A DNA stretch of 55,684 bases from Chthonomonadaceae bacterium (GTDB lineage: Bacteria > Armatimonadota > Chthonomonadetes > Chthonomonadales > Chthonomonadaceae): positions 1-55,684 of the forward strand of contig DASRGZ010000167.1 in NCBI GenBank assembly GCA_035650735.1. The letters are read 5' to 3'. The number at the start of each line of letters is the position of its first letter. The stretch's first letter is position 1. The notes beneath the pieces were generated by a model that saw only the letters and a program-made list of their open reading frames with translations, was not told the DNA's origin and did not search any database. The translations under genes were made by a program, and so were the position numbers. Positions 35,726 through 44,748 of this stretch are shown piece after piece.

Positions 35726-38086
35726 TCATTCCCCTTGCTTTTTGGCGCGGGCGGAGGCGGCCCGCTTGGTCGTGGCGCGCGTCGTGCGGTGCGTTGTCGT
35801 CGCGGCCTTTCTGGCCCCGTTCTTCTTGGCGCTTGTCTCAGAATACGTACAGACGAACTCCTGCCCCTCCTTCAGGGAGCCGTCCGTGTTGATCTTAAGC
35901 GTCGTATGGCATTTGGGATACTCGCTGCACCCCAGGAACGGCCCAAACCGACTCTGGCGCCGCAGCATAACACCCCTGCCAAGCGGACAGGCGTACTCCG
36001 TTGCATTGGGCAGGGAAGCCGGATTGACGGGCGTTTCCGCTTCCACGCCGTTGCGATACCCGTTGCCGGCCTCCTTCGCTTGCACCTCGGCAGCCTCGAC
36101 GCTCTGCTCCGCCAGCCCACATTGGAAGTTTGTCCCCTCGACCGGCGTGCCATCCGGGTTCAGCTTCAGAATCTTCTTGCACTTAGGATAGGCGCTGCAC
36201 CCCAGGAATGGCCCGTACCGGCTCTGGCGCAGCAGCATGACATGCCCGTGTACGGGGCAGCGGTACTCCGTCTCGACCGGTTGGGGCTTCAGATTCTCCA
36301 TCTCCACCTGCGCCGTCGCCACCTGCTTCTCGAAGGGGCCGTAGAAGTCGCGCAGCAGATTGACCCAGTTCTCCTTGCCCTCCTCCACCTCGTCCAGCTT
36401 ATTCTCCATGTCCGCCGTGAACTTCACATCCAGCACGGTGGGGAAATGCTTGACGAGTTGATCCGTCACCTTAAAGCCAAGCTCCGTCGGGTAAAAGCGC
36501 TTCTCCCGCAGGTCCACATAGCCGCGGTCCCGGATGGTGGAGATAATGCTGGCGTAAGTGCTGGGCCGTCCGATGCCAAACTCCTCCAGCGCCTTAACGA
36601 TGGTCGCCTCGGTGTAGCGCGGCGGCGGCTCGGTGAAGTGCTGGCGCGGCTCTAGCTTGAGCAGGTCGAGGCCCTGATCCTTGACCAGCAGCGGCAGCGG
36701 CGGCTGCTCGTCATCGGCCAGCTCGTCGGTGTCCTTGCCTTCCGTATAGACGCGCATGAACCCGTCGAACTTGACCACGCTGCCCGTGGCGCGGAAAATA
36801 TAGGGCGCGTTCCTGTCCGCTAACGTTGCCTCCGACGCCTTCGCCGAAGGGGAGTCGGCGGAATTCCGCGCGCGGGCCGGATTTAAGTGGGCCGCAACGT
36901 CGGCAGTCGTCACATCCATGACCGCCGGGTTCATCTGGCTGGCGACAAATCGCTGCCAGATCAGCCGGTACAGCCGCAACTGCTCCGGGCTGAGATACTG
37001 TGCGACGGAATCCGGGTCACGATAGACGGAGGTTGGCCGAATGGCCTCATGCGCCTCCTGTGCGCTGCTCTTCGATTTGTACTGCCGGGCTGCCGCCGGC
37101 ACATATTCGCTGCCGTATCTCTCCGCGATAAACTGACGCGCCTCAGCCTGCGCCTCCGCCGCCACGCGTACCGAGTCGGTGCGCATATAGGTGATCAGGC
37201 CGACGCTGCCCTGCGCGCCCAGCTCAACGCCCTCGTAAAGCTCCTGCGCCACCGACATCGTGCGCCGGTTGCCAAAGCCGAGCTTGCGCGCGGCCTCCTG
37301 CTGCAAAGTGCTGGTGATGAAGGGTGCGGGCGCGTTGCGCCGCTGTTCCCGCTTCTTGACCTCGGCGACCGCGTAGCGCGCTCCCTCTAGGTCGGCCAGG
37401 ATCACGTTGATCTCTTCTTCTGATTTCGGCTCCAGCCGCTGCCCGGCGCGACTATGCAGCTTGGCGGCGAAGGGGAAGCGCTTCTCCGGCGGCTGCGGGG
37501 TCAGGGTAGCGGTCAGCGACCAATACTCTTCCGGCACGAACGCCTGTATCTCGCGCTCCCGCTCGCAGATGAGCCGCACGGCCACCGACTGCACGCGCCC
37601 CGCCGAGAGGCCCTTCTGTATCTTCTTCCAGAGCACCGGCGACAGCTTATAGCCGACGAGCCGATCTAGCACGCGGCGGGCCTGCTGCGCGTTCACCCGA
37701 TCCATATCCACAGCGCGCGGGTGCTGAAGCGCCTGCTGCACGGCCTGCCGGGTGATCTCGTTAAACTCGATGCGCCGTGCGTTGGGCAACTTCAGCGCCT
37801 CGACCAGATGCCAGGCAATCGCCTCGCCCTCCCGGTCCGGGTCGGACGCCAGATAGACGATGGGAACGCCTTTGGCGGCAGCCTTGAGCCTGGTGATGAC
37901 CTCTTTGCGCTCCGGGATGGCCTGGTAGGTCGGCGCAAAATTGTGCTCGACATCCACGCCAAGCTTCTTTTCGGGTAGGTCCCGCACATGCCCCATGCTG
38001 GCCTCGATCCGGTAATCGCTGCCGAGGAAATTCTTAAGCGTTTTGGTTTTCGCTGGAGATTCGACGATGATAAGTGCTTTCGCCAT
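35726..38086 (-). CDS. topA: DNA topoisomerase I (type IA)
   Basis: Motifs IVESPAK, DPDREGE, SAGRVQS, ITYMRTDS, AHEAIRPT and GIGRPSTY; two C-terminal zinc-ribbon repeats and a basic tail. Confidence 0.97.
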   Translation of the reverse strand: MAKALIIVESPAKTKTLKNFLGSDYRIEASMGHVRDLPEKKLGVDVEHNFAPTYQAIPERKEVITRLKAAAKGVPIVYLASDPDREGEAIAWHLVEALKLPNARRIEFNEITRQAVQQALQHPRAVDMDRVNAQQARRVLDRLVGYKLSPVLWKKIQKGLSAGRVQSVAVRLICEREREIQAFVPEEYWSLTATLTPQPPEKRFPFAAKLHSRAGQRLEPKSEEEINVILADLEGARYAVAEVKKREQRRNAPAPFITSTLQQEAARKLGFGNRRTMSVAQELYEGVELGAQGSVGLITYMRTDSVRVAAEAQAEARQFIAERYGSEYVPAAARQYKSKSSAQEAHEAIRPTSVYRDPDSVAQYLSPEQLRLYRLIWQRFVASQMNPAVMDVTTADVAAHLNPARARNSADSPSAKASEATLADRNAPYIFRATGSVVKFDGFMRVYTEGKDTDELADDEQPPLPLLVKDQGLDLLKLEPRQHFTEPPPRYTEATIVKALEEFGIGRPSTYASIISTIRDRGYVDLREKRFYPTELGFKVTDQLVKHFPTVLDVKFTADMENKLDEVEEGKENWVNLLRDFYGPFEKQVATAQVEMENLKPQPVETEYRCPVHGHVMLLRQSRYGPFLGCSAYPKCKKILKLNPDGTPVEGTNFQCGLAEQSVEAAEVQAKEAGNGYRNGVEAETPVNPASLPNATEYACPLGRGVMLRRQSRFGPFLGCSEYPKCHTTLKINTDGSLKEGQEFVCTYSETSAKKNGARKAATTTHRTTRATTKRAASARAKKQGE

Positions 38087-38475
38087 ACGACTGCTTCTAT
38101 ACCTTCCGCCTGTCTAGGCGCGGTTCCGACCGCTTCCATGTCTCGCCAATACGTGAAGGCAGCCCCGGCATCCCTCTTCTACCGCAGAACAGGACGCCGC
38201 AACGCCTCCCACGTGACGACGGCTTATGTTACCCCTGCCCATGCGCGATGTCAAGGGCATGGCAGAAAACTCTCCACAGGTCTTGCTCCTCCCGCAAACG
38301 AGCTTATGCCCTGCCACGCGTGACGGCCCGCATTGACGCCCGGCCCGGCAAGGTGCTATCATTCTTTTACGCGATCACAGACGCCCCTGTCACTCCACTA
38401 CGCGACAGGAGGCTCAACCGGAAAATAACAATAACAAAGCGTGTAAGAAACGTGTAAGAAAGGAATATTTCAAGC

Positions 38476-38736
38476 ATGAAAGCAGTCTTTGAGGGAATGC
38501 GTGTGGGAGAGCCAGCTATCAAGGACGAAGAGGGACGCCTTCTCAGCGTAATATTACGCCTTGTCCCGGAAACGCCGGAGGAGGTCGCCGAACTCAAGAA
38601 GTTCTGCCGCCTGACCGATGCCTTCACCTTCATCATAGATGAGGACTACCGCATGAACCAGGCGCATATCGCCCCGGTCTACGGCGAGCGCACCTTCCCT
38701 GTCGTCACCCGCATTCCCTTCGGCCCCAACGAGTAA
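38476..38736 (+). CDS. Small hypothetical protein divergent from topA
   Basis: AAAGGA RBS, plausible coding composition, and TTGACG-N18-TATCAT upstream at 38333-38362. Confidence 0.65.
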   Translation: MKAVFEGMRVGEPAIKDEEGRLLSVILRLVPETPEEVAELKKFCRLTDAFTFIIDEDYRMNQAHIAPVYGERTFPVVTRIPFGPNE

Positions 38737-38812
38737 AGCAGCGATATAGAAAACACCTCACCCCAACCCCGCAGCCACCTACTGCCGGACCGGGGTGAGA
38801 GCCACAACCCTC

Positions 38813-39154
38813 TCAAGCCGTCACATCCACCACCTGTAGCTCCAGGCAGGGCATATATACACGGGTTAGGCCGTCCGAAGCCGTGGCCGTGAAGTTGAAC
38901 ACCAGCGTATAAAATCCCGCTGCCAGCCCCGACGTATCCAGGTTCAGCCAGACGCGCGGCGCCGCCTGCGCCCCGGAATCGTAGCCGGAGGCCGTTAGCC
39001 CCGCAAATCCGGCAACCGCCGCTCCGCTCGCATCGTACAACGTGGCCGAAGGAATAGGCGAGGCGGCAATCGTCAGCGTCCCTATCGCCATCGTCTCCTG
39101 GCCGTAAAGCGGGCGCTTCTCGCCCCGCCGCAAACTCACAAACGCATCCGGCAT
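38813..39154 (-). CDS. Hypothetical beta-rich (Ig-like) protein, possibly virion-associated
   Basis: GGAGG RBS; A/G/T/S-rich beta-strand pattern; last gene of the head module. Confidence 0.6.
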   Translation of the reverse strand: MPDAFVSLRRGEKRPLYGQETMAIGTLTIAASPIPSATLYDASGAAVAGFAGLTASGYDSGAQAAPRVWLNLDTSGLAAGFYTLVFNFTATASDGLTRVYMPCLELQVVDVTA

Positions 39155-39348
39155 TAGCCCCTCCCTCCTATCGTTGTCATGCTGTCTCCGCTTACGCCCG
39201 ACCCGGCGCTATCGTTGCTTGCGCTCTCCTGCGCCGCCGCCAGCGGCGCCACCGAGGGACCCGCTCCCAGCCCCTGCGTCAGCAGGCGCGACCAGGACAG
39301 CCAACCTTGCACAACCGGAGTGCCTGCCATACCTCCTCCTTTTCCTCC

Positions 39349-39801
39349 CTAGACGCGCTGCGTCGGGCTTGTCGGATCGTTTAGCGTAAACGTCCGCACC
39401 ACCGTCGTCCCATCCGCCGCGTAGAGCGTCAGCGTTGTCCCGCTCAATACCCACTTCCCGAAGCCCTGCGCCCGCGCTGCATTCAGTGCATCCCCCAACG
39501 TCTGCGCCGTGTTGGAAGTCGGCACTGCCTGGCTGAGATCCAGCGGCTGGCTTGCATTGATGTCCTCATGGGCGTACTTTGGCGTCGCCTCTCCCGTGTC
39601 CCAGGTCAGCTTGCCGCTAAATCCATCAGGAAACGTGACCGCCGCCTGGTAGCTGCCCGAACCTGCCGGAGCCTCCACAACGCCTGCCGTCGTGCGCGCC
39701 GTGTTCACCGTGCCATCTGCATTCAACAACCGGTATCCTACCGTCGTCAGCCCCGTCTTGCTCGTCCCAAAATCCACCGCTTTGAGCCGTGTATACGCCA
39801 T
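39349..39801 (-). CDS. Hypothetical protein, possibly virion structural
   Basis: GGAGG RBS; T/G/A-rich; C-terminal TLTLYAADGTTVVRTFTL. Confidence 0.65.
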   Translation of the reverse strand: MAYTRLKAVDFGTSKTGLTTVGYRLLNADGTVNTARTTAGVVEAPAGSGSYQAAVTFPDGFSGKLTWDTGEATPKYAHEDINASQPLDLSQAVPTSNTAQTLGDALNAARAQGFGKWVLSGTTLTLYAADGTTVVRTFTLNDPTSPTQRV

Positions 39802-39849
39802 CCCTAAAACCTCCCTCCACCTATTACACCGATCAAAGACAAAAGCCTT

Positions 39850-39990
39850 TGGACAGGATTAACTGGATTTCAACCACACAGATAAGCCTTGCTTCTCCCT
39901 CTGGCGCTAATCCTGTAAATCCTGTTAATCCCGTCTGAATCGTTTTTTTAATCTGTGCTAATCTGTGCTAATCTGTGTAATCTGTGGATT
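39850..39990. repeat. Short tandem 9-10-mer repeat region (AATCTGTG(C)T / AATCCTGT)
   Basis: ATCTGTGCTAATCTGTGCTAATCTGTGTAATCTGTGG and AATCCTGTAAATCCTGTTAATCC, with an inverted GACAGGATTAAC partner. Confidence 0.7.
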
Positions 39991-39993
39991 CCC

Positions 39994-41298
39994 TTAAACC
40001 GTGAACACCGACGCATTGACCGCGTTCTTGATCAGCCGGTGCCCATCATAGCTCGGATGAATGCCATCCACCGTATACTTCTTGGTCGTGCCATCGCACA
40101 GCCAGTACCCTCCGTTGCGCGTCAACACGTTGCTGGCATTCACCTCCACCGCATCGGCCACATCAAAGTAGCCGGAAAGCGGAGCGGGCACGGTGCGTAT
40201 CCAGTCGTTCAAGGCCGTCCGATTCGCCTCATTGGTCATCACCGATTGATTGGCCGCGCTCTGAAAGTTATCCGTGCTCGTCGTGCGTGGAGGCAGAGTG
40301 CAGGCATAAACCTTCATGCCCAGCAGCTTCGCATAGTTCCAGATGGTCGTCAGGTCCGCCTGCATCTGCGCTATCGTCCGCCCGTTGCCCACGTCGTTCG
40401 TGCCGTACCCCACCACGCAATGCGTCCCCACGCTCATCATCGTATGCCGGTACCAGGCTCGCCGCTGCACGGCAAAATACTGCGCCGTCCCTCCGCCCCG
40501 CGAGACCTTCACCGTCGGAATCGTATCGTTCAGCGCCAGGTCAACATACCCATAATCGTTCGTGACCCCGCTCTGCGGCACGCCGTTCAGCGTAGCTGCG
40601 AAGTACCCCGTGATAATCGAGTCGCCCACGATCACGACCACCGGCCTGTGGCGCGGATTGGTGACGCCCAGCAGCATCCACGGGTGATAGAGATTTGCCT
40701 TGAATCCGCCCGGCCAGGCCACGCCGATGTCCGTTGCATCTACGCCGTCCGAATACCCCTCCGAGTAGGGCGATTGCTGGTTCACCTGGATACCCAGCGG
40801 CCACTTCTTGCCCGCCGCAATGCTGACATACGTATAAACATCCAGCCCCACCGCCGTCGCCACCCGTACATCAATGCTCACCGGGTCGGACAGCACCATC
40901 CCGCCCGGATCAATCGTCACCTGCCGCCTGCCGCTAAAGTAGACCGGAAACTCGATCCCGTTGTAGTTCAGCTTCGACTTGACCGTGATCGCCGCACTCG
41001 GATCGGTCGAAAGGAACGGCGGCGCCTCCACGTCGTCGTTGCCGGTGGCGATCTCATTGCCGCAGTTGGTATAAAGCAGGCGGATGTGCGTCGCATCGTA
41101 GCAGACGACATGGTGCGTCTTGTACGTGCCGTTGGTGATCACGCCGTCGCTATAGGTCAGGGACGGCCCGCCGGTCGGCCCCGTCCAGAGATTGCGCGTC
41201 GTAAACGGGGTCAGCCCCAGAAAATTCCCCGCGCGAGCCAGCAGAGCATCCAGACCGCTAATGTCGCTGATGCTATCGGGTACTCGAACGGCAGTCAT
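39994..41298 (-). CDS. SGNH/GDSL hydrolase (esterase) with N-terminal beta domain
   Basis: Block I VGDSI, block III GTND and block V DGIHP; no signal peptide. Confidence 0.85.
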   Translation of the reverse strand: MTAVRVPDSISDISGLDALLARAGNFLGLTPFTTRNLWTGPTGGPSLTYSDGVITNGTYKTHHVVCYDATHIRLLYTNCGNEIATGNDDVEAPPFLSTDPSAAITVKSKLNYNGIEFPVYFSGRRQVTIDPGGMVLSDPVSIDVRVATAVGLDVYTYVSIAAGKKWPLGIQVNQQSPYSEGYSDGVDATDIGVAWPGGFKANLYHPWMLLGVTNPRHRPVVVIVGDSIITGYFAATLNGVPQSGVTNDYGYVDLALNDTIPTVKVSRGGGTAQYFAVQRRAWYRHTMMSVGTHCVVGYGTNDVGNGRTIAQMQADLTTIWNYAKLLGMKVYACTLPPRTTSTDNFQSAANQSVMTNEANRTALNDWIRTVPAPLSGYFDVADAVEVNASNVLTRNGGYWLCDGTTKKYTVDGIHPSYDGHRLIKNAVNASVFTV

Positions 41299-41445
41299 AG
41301 CGTCTTACTCCTCTCTTATGAACACGAAAAACCTTGTTCTCTTTCTCTACTTTGGCATGATATTTGCAAGCCTCGCCTGGTAATACTGCTGGGTTCCCGC
41401 CGGCTCATGCCCAAACCATGCGGGAACGGAAAGGAAAGTAAAACT

Positions 41446-42149
41446 ATGCTAAAACGTAGGGTTTTGTCTACTTTCGGAGGGGGGGGGGTAAATTCCTTCT
41501 GACATTCCATACCTTCCTCCTGGCGTTTGGCGCAAGTGCGCTCGCCTTATCCCAGGCGCAGGCGCAAATTCCGGCATACGACTTCACCAGTGCCGGGTTG
41601 TTTCAAGAGGGAACGTACACTGGCGGGTTTGTCTTTTCGATCTCCAGCCCTATCGACATTTCAAGCCTGGGTTTCTATGATGAAGGCGGCGATGGACTGG
41701 CCGTCAGTCACGACGTCGGCCTGTGGGATACAACAGGAACGCTGCTGGCCTCCGCGACCGTGGATGCTGGCGCGACCGACCCGTTGATCGGCAAGTTCCG
41801 TTACAAATCAATTCCCACGCTGACGCTGGCAGCCGGAGACTATGTTCTCGGCGGCTTGATTACCGCCGATGATCCGGAACGGGTCTATACACCGGGAGTT
41901 TCTACCGGCCTGACGACCGCTTCCGAAGTGACACTTGATCCCCTTGCCTCACGCTTTACCTATGCCCCGACACTCACCTTTCCCACGAGCACGACAGGGC
42001 TTTATACCCTCTATGCAGGACCGAACTTCCTTATTGGCGCGGCGGCTCCTCCCGGAGCCGTTCCCGAACCCGGCGCGCTCGCCCTGCTCATTGGCTCCGG
42101 CCTCTCCGGTGGCTTGCTCCTCCGCCGCCGTCGCGCCCGCAAGAGGTGA
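41446..42149 (+). CDS. PEP-CTERM surface protein with DUF4082-like domain, frameshifted at a G10 tract in its signal peptide
   Basis: C-terminus VPEPGALALLIGSGLSGGLLLRRRRARKR. ATG 41446 with AAGGAAAG RBS. G11 or G8 at 41479-41488 would join it to KFLLTFHTFLLAFGASALALSQAQA. Confidence 0.8.
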
Positions 42150-42159
42150 CACTTGTTTC

Positions 42160-42448
42160 CGACGGGTTGAAACCCTTCGCTAGGTGGCCTACGGCCCAGT
42201 GTCCCCCTGCGGGGACACCCAAGAGCCTATCGAAAGGTTGTGTCCGCGTAGGCGGACACAACCTTTCGATAGGCGGAGGGCCGAATTATTGCAGGCCCGA
42301 CCCTTGCAGTCCGAAGGCTACAAAACGAAGGAATTCTATTCCGTCGCTACAACCGATCTATCCGCTCCTGCCCCCAACAACAGGGGAGGGGAGAGCAGAA
42401 GCTGGGTCACCCCCTTCCCTACAAGGGAAGGGGGCCGGGGGGTTAGGT
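42160..42448. repeat. REP cluster including a perfect 23-bp inverted repeat (42225-42247 / 42252-42274)
   Basis: GCCTATCGAAAGGTTGTGTCCGC-gtag-GCGGACACAACCTTTCGATAGGC, plus copies of the repeats at 9.5-9.7 kb and 44.7 kb. Confidence 0.8.
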
Positions 42449-42805
42449 TATCGGCAGTACGCACCCTGCCGCCACCATATCAATCAGATAGTGCCCGCAG
42501 ATCATCTCCTCATTCGGCAGCTGTCGCAGCCGCGCTCCCATCTCCGCCGCGCCCTCATCCTCCTCCGCCCAGCTTGCCAGAACGCGCACGGCGATCTTAG
42601 CGCCGCCGGTCCCATCCACAAACGCGCTTACCAGCCGCGTCATGCCCTCCTCGCCGACCCACTCGATACGCCGCAGCAAATCCTCCAGGCGATCCAGCAC
42701 CAGAGGCGTGCCGGTAATGGCATAGCACCGCGTCTCCTGCCCCGGCCCGCTCCCCTCTTCCTCCCGCTCGGAAACCCCAAGCTCGCTATCGAAATCAAAC
42801 TCCAT
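42443..42805 (-). CDS. Hypothetical acidic protein in the head module
   Basis: GGAGG RBS before MEFDFDSELG; co-oriented with the module. Confidence 0.6.
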   Translation of the reverse strand: MEFDFDSELGVSEREEEGSGPGQETRCYAITGTPLVLDRLEDLLRRIEWVGEEGMTRLVSAFVDGTGGAKIAVRVLASWAEEDEGAAEMGARLRQLPNEEMICGHYLIDMVAAGCVLPIT

Positions 42806-42822
42806 TTGTACTGCCTCCTTCC

Positions 42823-43035
42823 CTACTTCAGACCGTTGACGGCCTCCTCGACGGCCCGCCACTCGGCGGAGAGGCGCGGCAAAATGTCCGCGATGGCCGG
42901 ATCGGTCGTGAACCGCTTCCACGCGGCTTGCACCTCCTCGCTTTGCAGGCAGACCTCTACATCCGCCTTGAGCGTCCCGACCGCAAACAGCAGGCGCGGA
43001 ATGCCCATCAGTCGCCGAAACACCCTTCCCAGCAT
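42823..43035 (-). CDS. Small hypothetical protein in the head module
   Basis: AGGAGG RBS; 70 aa; co-oriented. Confidence 0.6.
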   Translation of the reverse strand: MLGRVFRRLMGIPRLLFAVGTLKADVEVCLQSEEVQAAWKRFTTDPAIADILPRLSAEWRAVEEAVNGLK

Positions 43036-43095
43036 ACATCGAACCTCCTTCTCCTGAATACAAACGCCCCCACACTCAACACCCGGCCCTTCGAT

Positions 43096-43749
43096 TCACG
43101 TCCGTACCACCCCCAGGAGCGCTCCAAGCGCCGTCGCCCCCGCATACGGCGTCCAGCGAACGTAATACGCCTGTTCCGGCAGCAGCCCCGTCGCCAGATA
43201 GACCACCGTCTGCGTTGAAAGCGGCGGCAATCCTCCTGCCGGAATCGGCGACCACACGTTGCCATTGGCGTAGTACCAGCCCGTCTGATCATCTGCCGAA
43301 TTCGCGTTCACCGCCAGCGTCGCAAAATCAGGGGCCGTCGAAACCTCCACCTTCACCGCCGTCACGCTGCTGGCGCTGCCGATCTGGATTGCCAGCGGCA
43401 CCGATCCCGTAGCCGCCGAGAAAAAGCCATCTACTGTGTTGGCTGCTACCACTACCTCGATATGCTCCTGCCCTGCGGCCTCAAAGATTTCCGGCGCTCC
43501 CCGCATCGTCCACCATGTCCCTCGATCCCGCCAGTAGACCTGCATCCCATCCGCCGCCAGCGCCTTCACCGAGATGTCCAGCCACAGCACCGCCATCTGG
43601 CTCTTCGAAACATCCTGTAGCTGAATGCGTCCGCCTGGCTTTAACAGCTCGAAGTAACCCGGCACATTCGCCTTTGCCAGAGTCGGACTCTCTCCGCCCA
43701 CGCCCGGAGTATACAGGTCCAGCGTATGCGGCAAACTCAATCGCGCCAT
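43096..43749 (-). CDS. Putative head-closure/stopper-like protein with a C-terminal FN3/Ig-like extension
   Basis: Positioned directly after the adaptor gene. The N-terminal ~100 aa is beta-rich and ends in EHIEVVV. The C-terminal part has VEVSTAPDF and GLLPEQAYYVRW, which are FN3-like. Confidence 0.5.
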   Translation of the reverse strand: MARLSLPHTLDLYTPGVGGESPTLAKANVPGYFELLKPGGRIQLQDVSKSQMAVLWLDISVKALAADGMQVYWRDRGTWWTMRGAPEIFEAAGQEHIEVVVAANTVDGFFSAATGSVPLAIQIGSASSVTAVKVEVSTAPDFATLAVNANSADDQTGWYYANGNVWSPIPAGGLPPLSTQTVVYLATGLLPEQAYYVRWTPYAGATALGALLGVVRT

Positions 43750-43788
43750 GCTTCCCTCCTGCGCCCCGCCCTCCCACCTTCCTCGCGC

Positions 43789-44196
43789 CTACCACACATC
43801 CATCGTGCCCACCGTCGAGCCGTCCGGAGCGCCCGACGTAAACGGCATTCCTGAATCCGGAGCCGCCTGCTTCAGCGGCCCCAGGATTTGCGCGCACAAC
43901 GCCTGTGCTGCCTCCAGGCACTTGCTGCTCCGCGCCGTGTAATCCTGGCGCAGGTTGCCCTGCTCGGTATGGGCCGCCTGCTGCGCATACTCCGCCGCAC
44001 GCGCTATCAAAAGCTCCACCGCCGCTGCCCGCACGTCGTTATTGCACTGCCCCAGCAGAAAGCCGATCTCCGCGTCCGTGCGCGTCCGGTCCCCGCCCGT
44101 CCGATTCAGCCCCGTCCCATCCGTATCCCCGGCATAAAACCGCACCTGCCCCACCGGCGTCGAAATATCGTAAGTAAACGCGATCTTCGTTGTCAT
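43789..44196 (-). CDS. Putative head-tail adaptor/connector (HK97 gp6 / SPP1 gp15-like)
   Basis: FTYD...VGQVRFYAGDTD...TDAEIGFLL...AAAVELL helical pattern; downstream of the capsid gene; ATGA overlap with the upstream gene. Confidence 0.65.
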   Translation of the reverse strand: MTTKIAFTYDISTPVGQVRFYAGDTDGTGLNRTGGDRTRTDAEIGFLLGQCNNDVRAAAVELLIARAAEYAQQAAHTEQGNLRQDYTARSSKCLEAAQALCAQILGPLKQAAPDSGMPFTSGAPDGSTVGTMDVW

Positions 44197-44555
44197 CCCT
44201 GAACCTCCATCGCTCTGAAATGCCCGGCCTCCTCCGGCACAGGCTCCTTCGGCTGCCCGCAGTCCGACCACCACTCCGACCAGATCAGATGCCGCCGCCA
44301 GGGCTGCGCCTCCTCTGGCCGATAGGGGCAGACCACCCGCGCCCGGTTCGGCAGCGCCGAAGATACCTCCAAAAACCACAGGCTCAGCGTCCGCCGGTCC
44401 GCCCGGTAGAGCCGCCCCTGACCCAGCAGCGGCAGCCACTCCCACGCCATCTGCGCCGTATCAAACACGATCACCCGCCCGCCACTGCTCATAAGCTCCC
44501 ATCGTCCCGTCACCGGGTTCACCACCGCCACCGCCGCGTAATCTGGCTGACTCAT
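44193..44555 (-). CDS. Hypothetical Trp-rich protein between capsid and adaptor
   Basis: RBS and stop/start overlap with the adaptor gene. Confidence 0.6.
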   Translation of the reverse strand: MSQPDYAAVAVVNPVTGRWELMSSGGRVIVFDTAQMAWEWLPLLGQGRLYRADRRTLSLWFLEVSSALPNRARVVCPYRPEEAQPWRRHLIWSEWWSDCGQPKEPVPEEAGHFRAMEVQG

Positions 44556-44748
44556 CCCGCTCCCTCCCACAAAACAACAGGGAACAGAAGCGAACGCTCG
44601 CCTCTGTTCCCCGTTTCTCTCCTTACTTGACCCTACACCATCAATCCCTCCCCTAGAATTGGGGATCGCTAGGCGGAGGGCCGAACCATTGCAGGCCCGA
44701 CCCTGGCAGTGGGTGGCCGCAGGCCGGGGTGGGGGCCTTTTTCTGCGC

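Noticed and set aside
35880..36270. Repeated DNA in the topA 3' region as a template/variable repeat pair
   Set aside because: Explained by two zinc-ribbon protein repeats; no reverse transcriptase is nearby.
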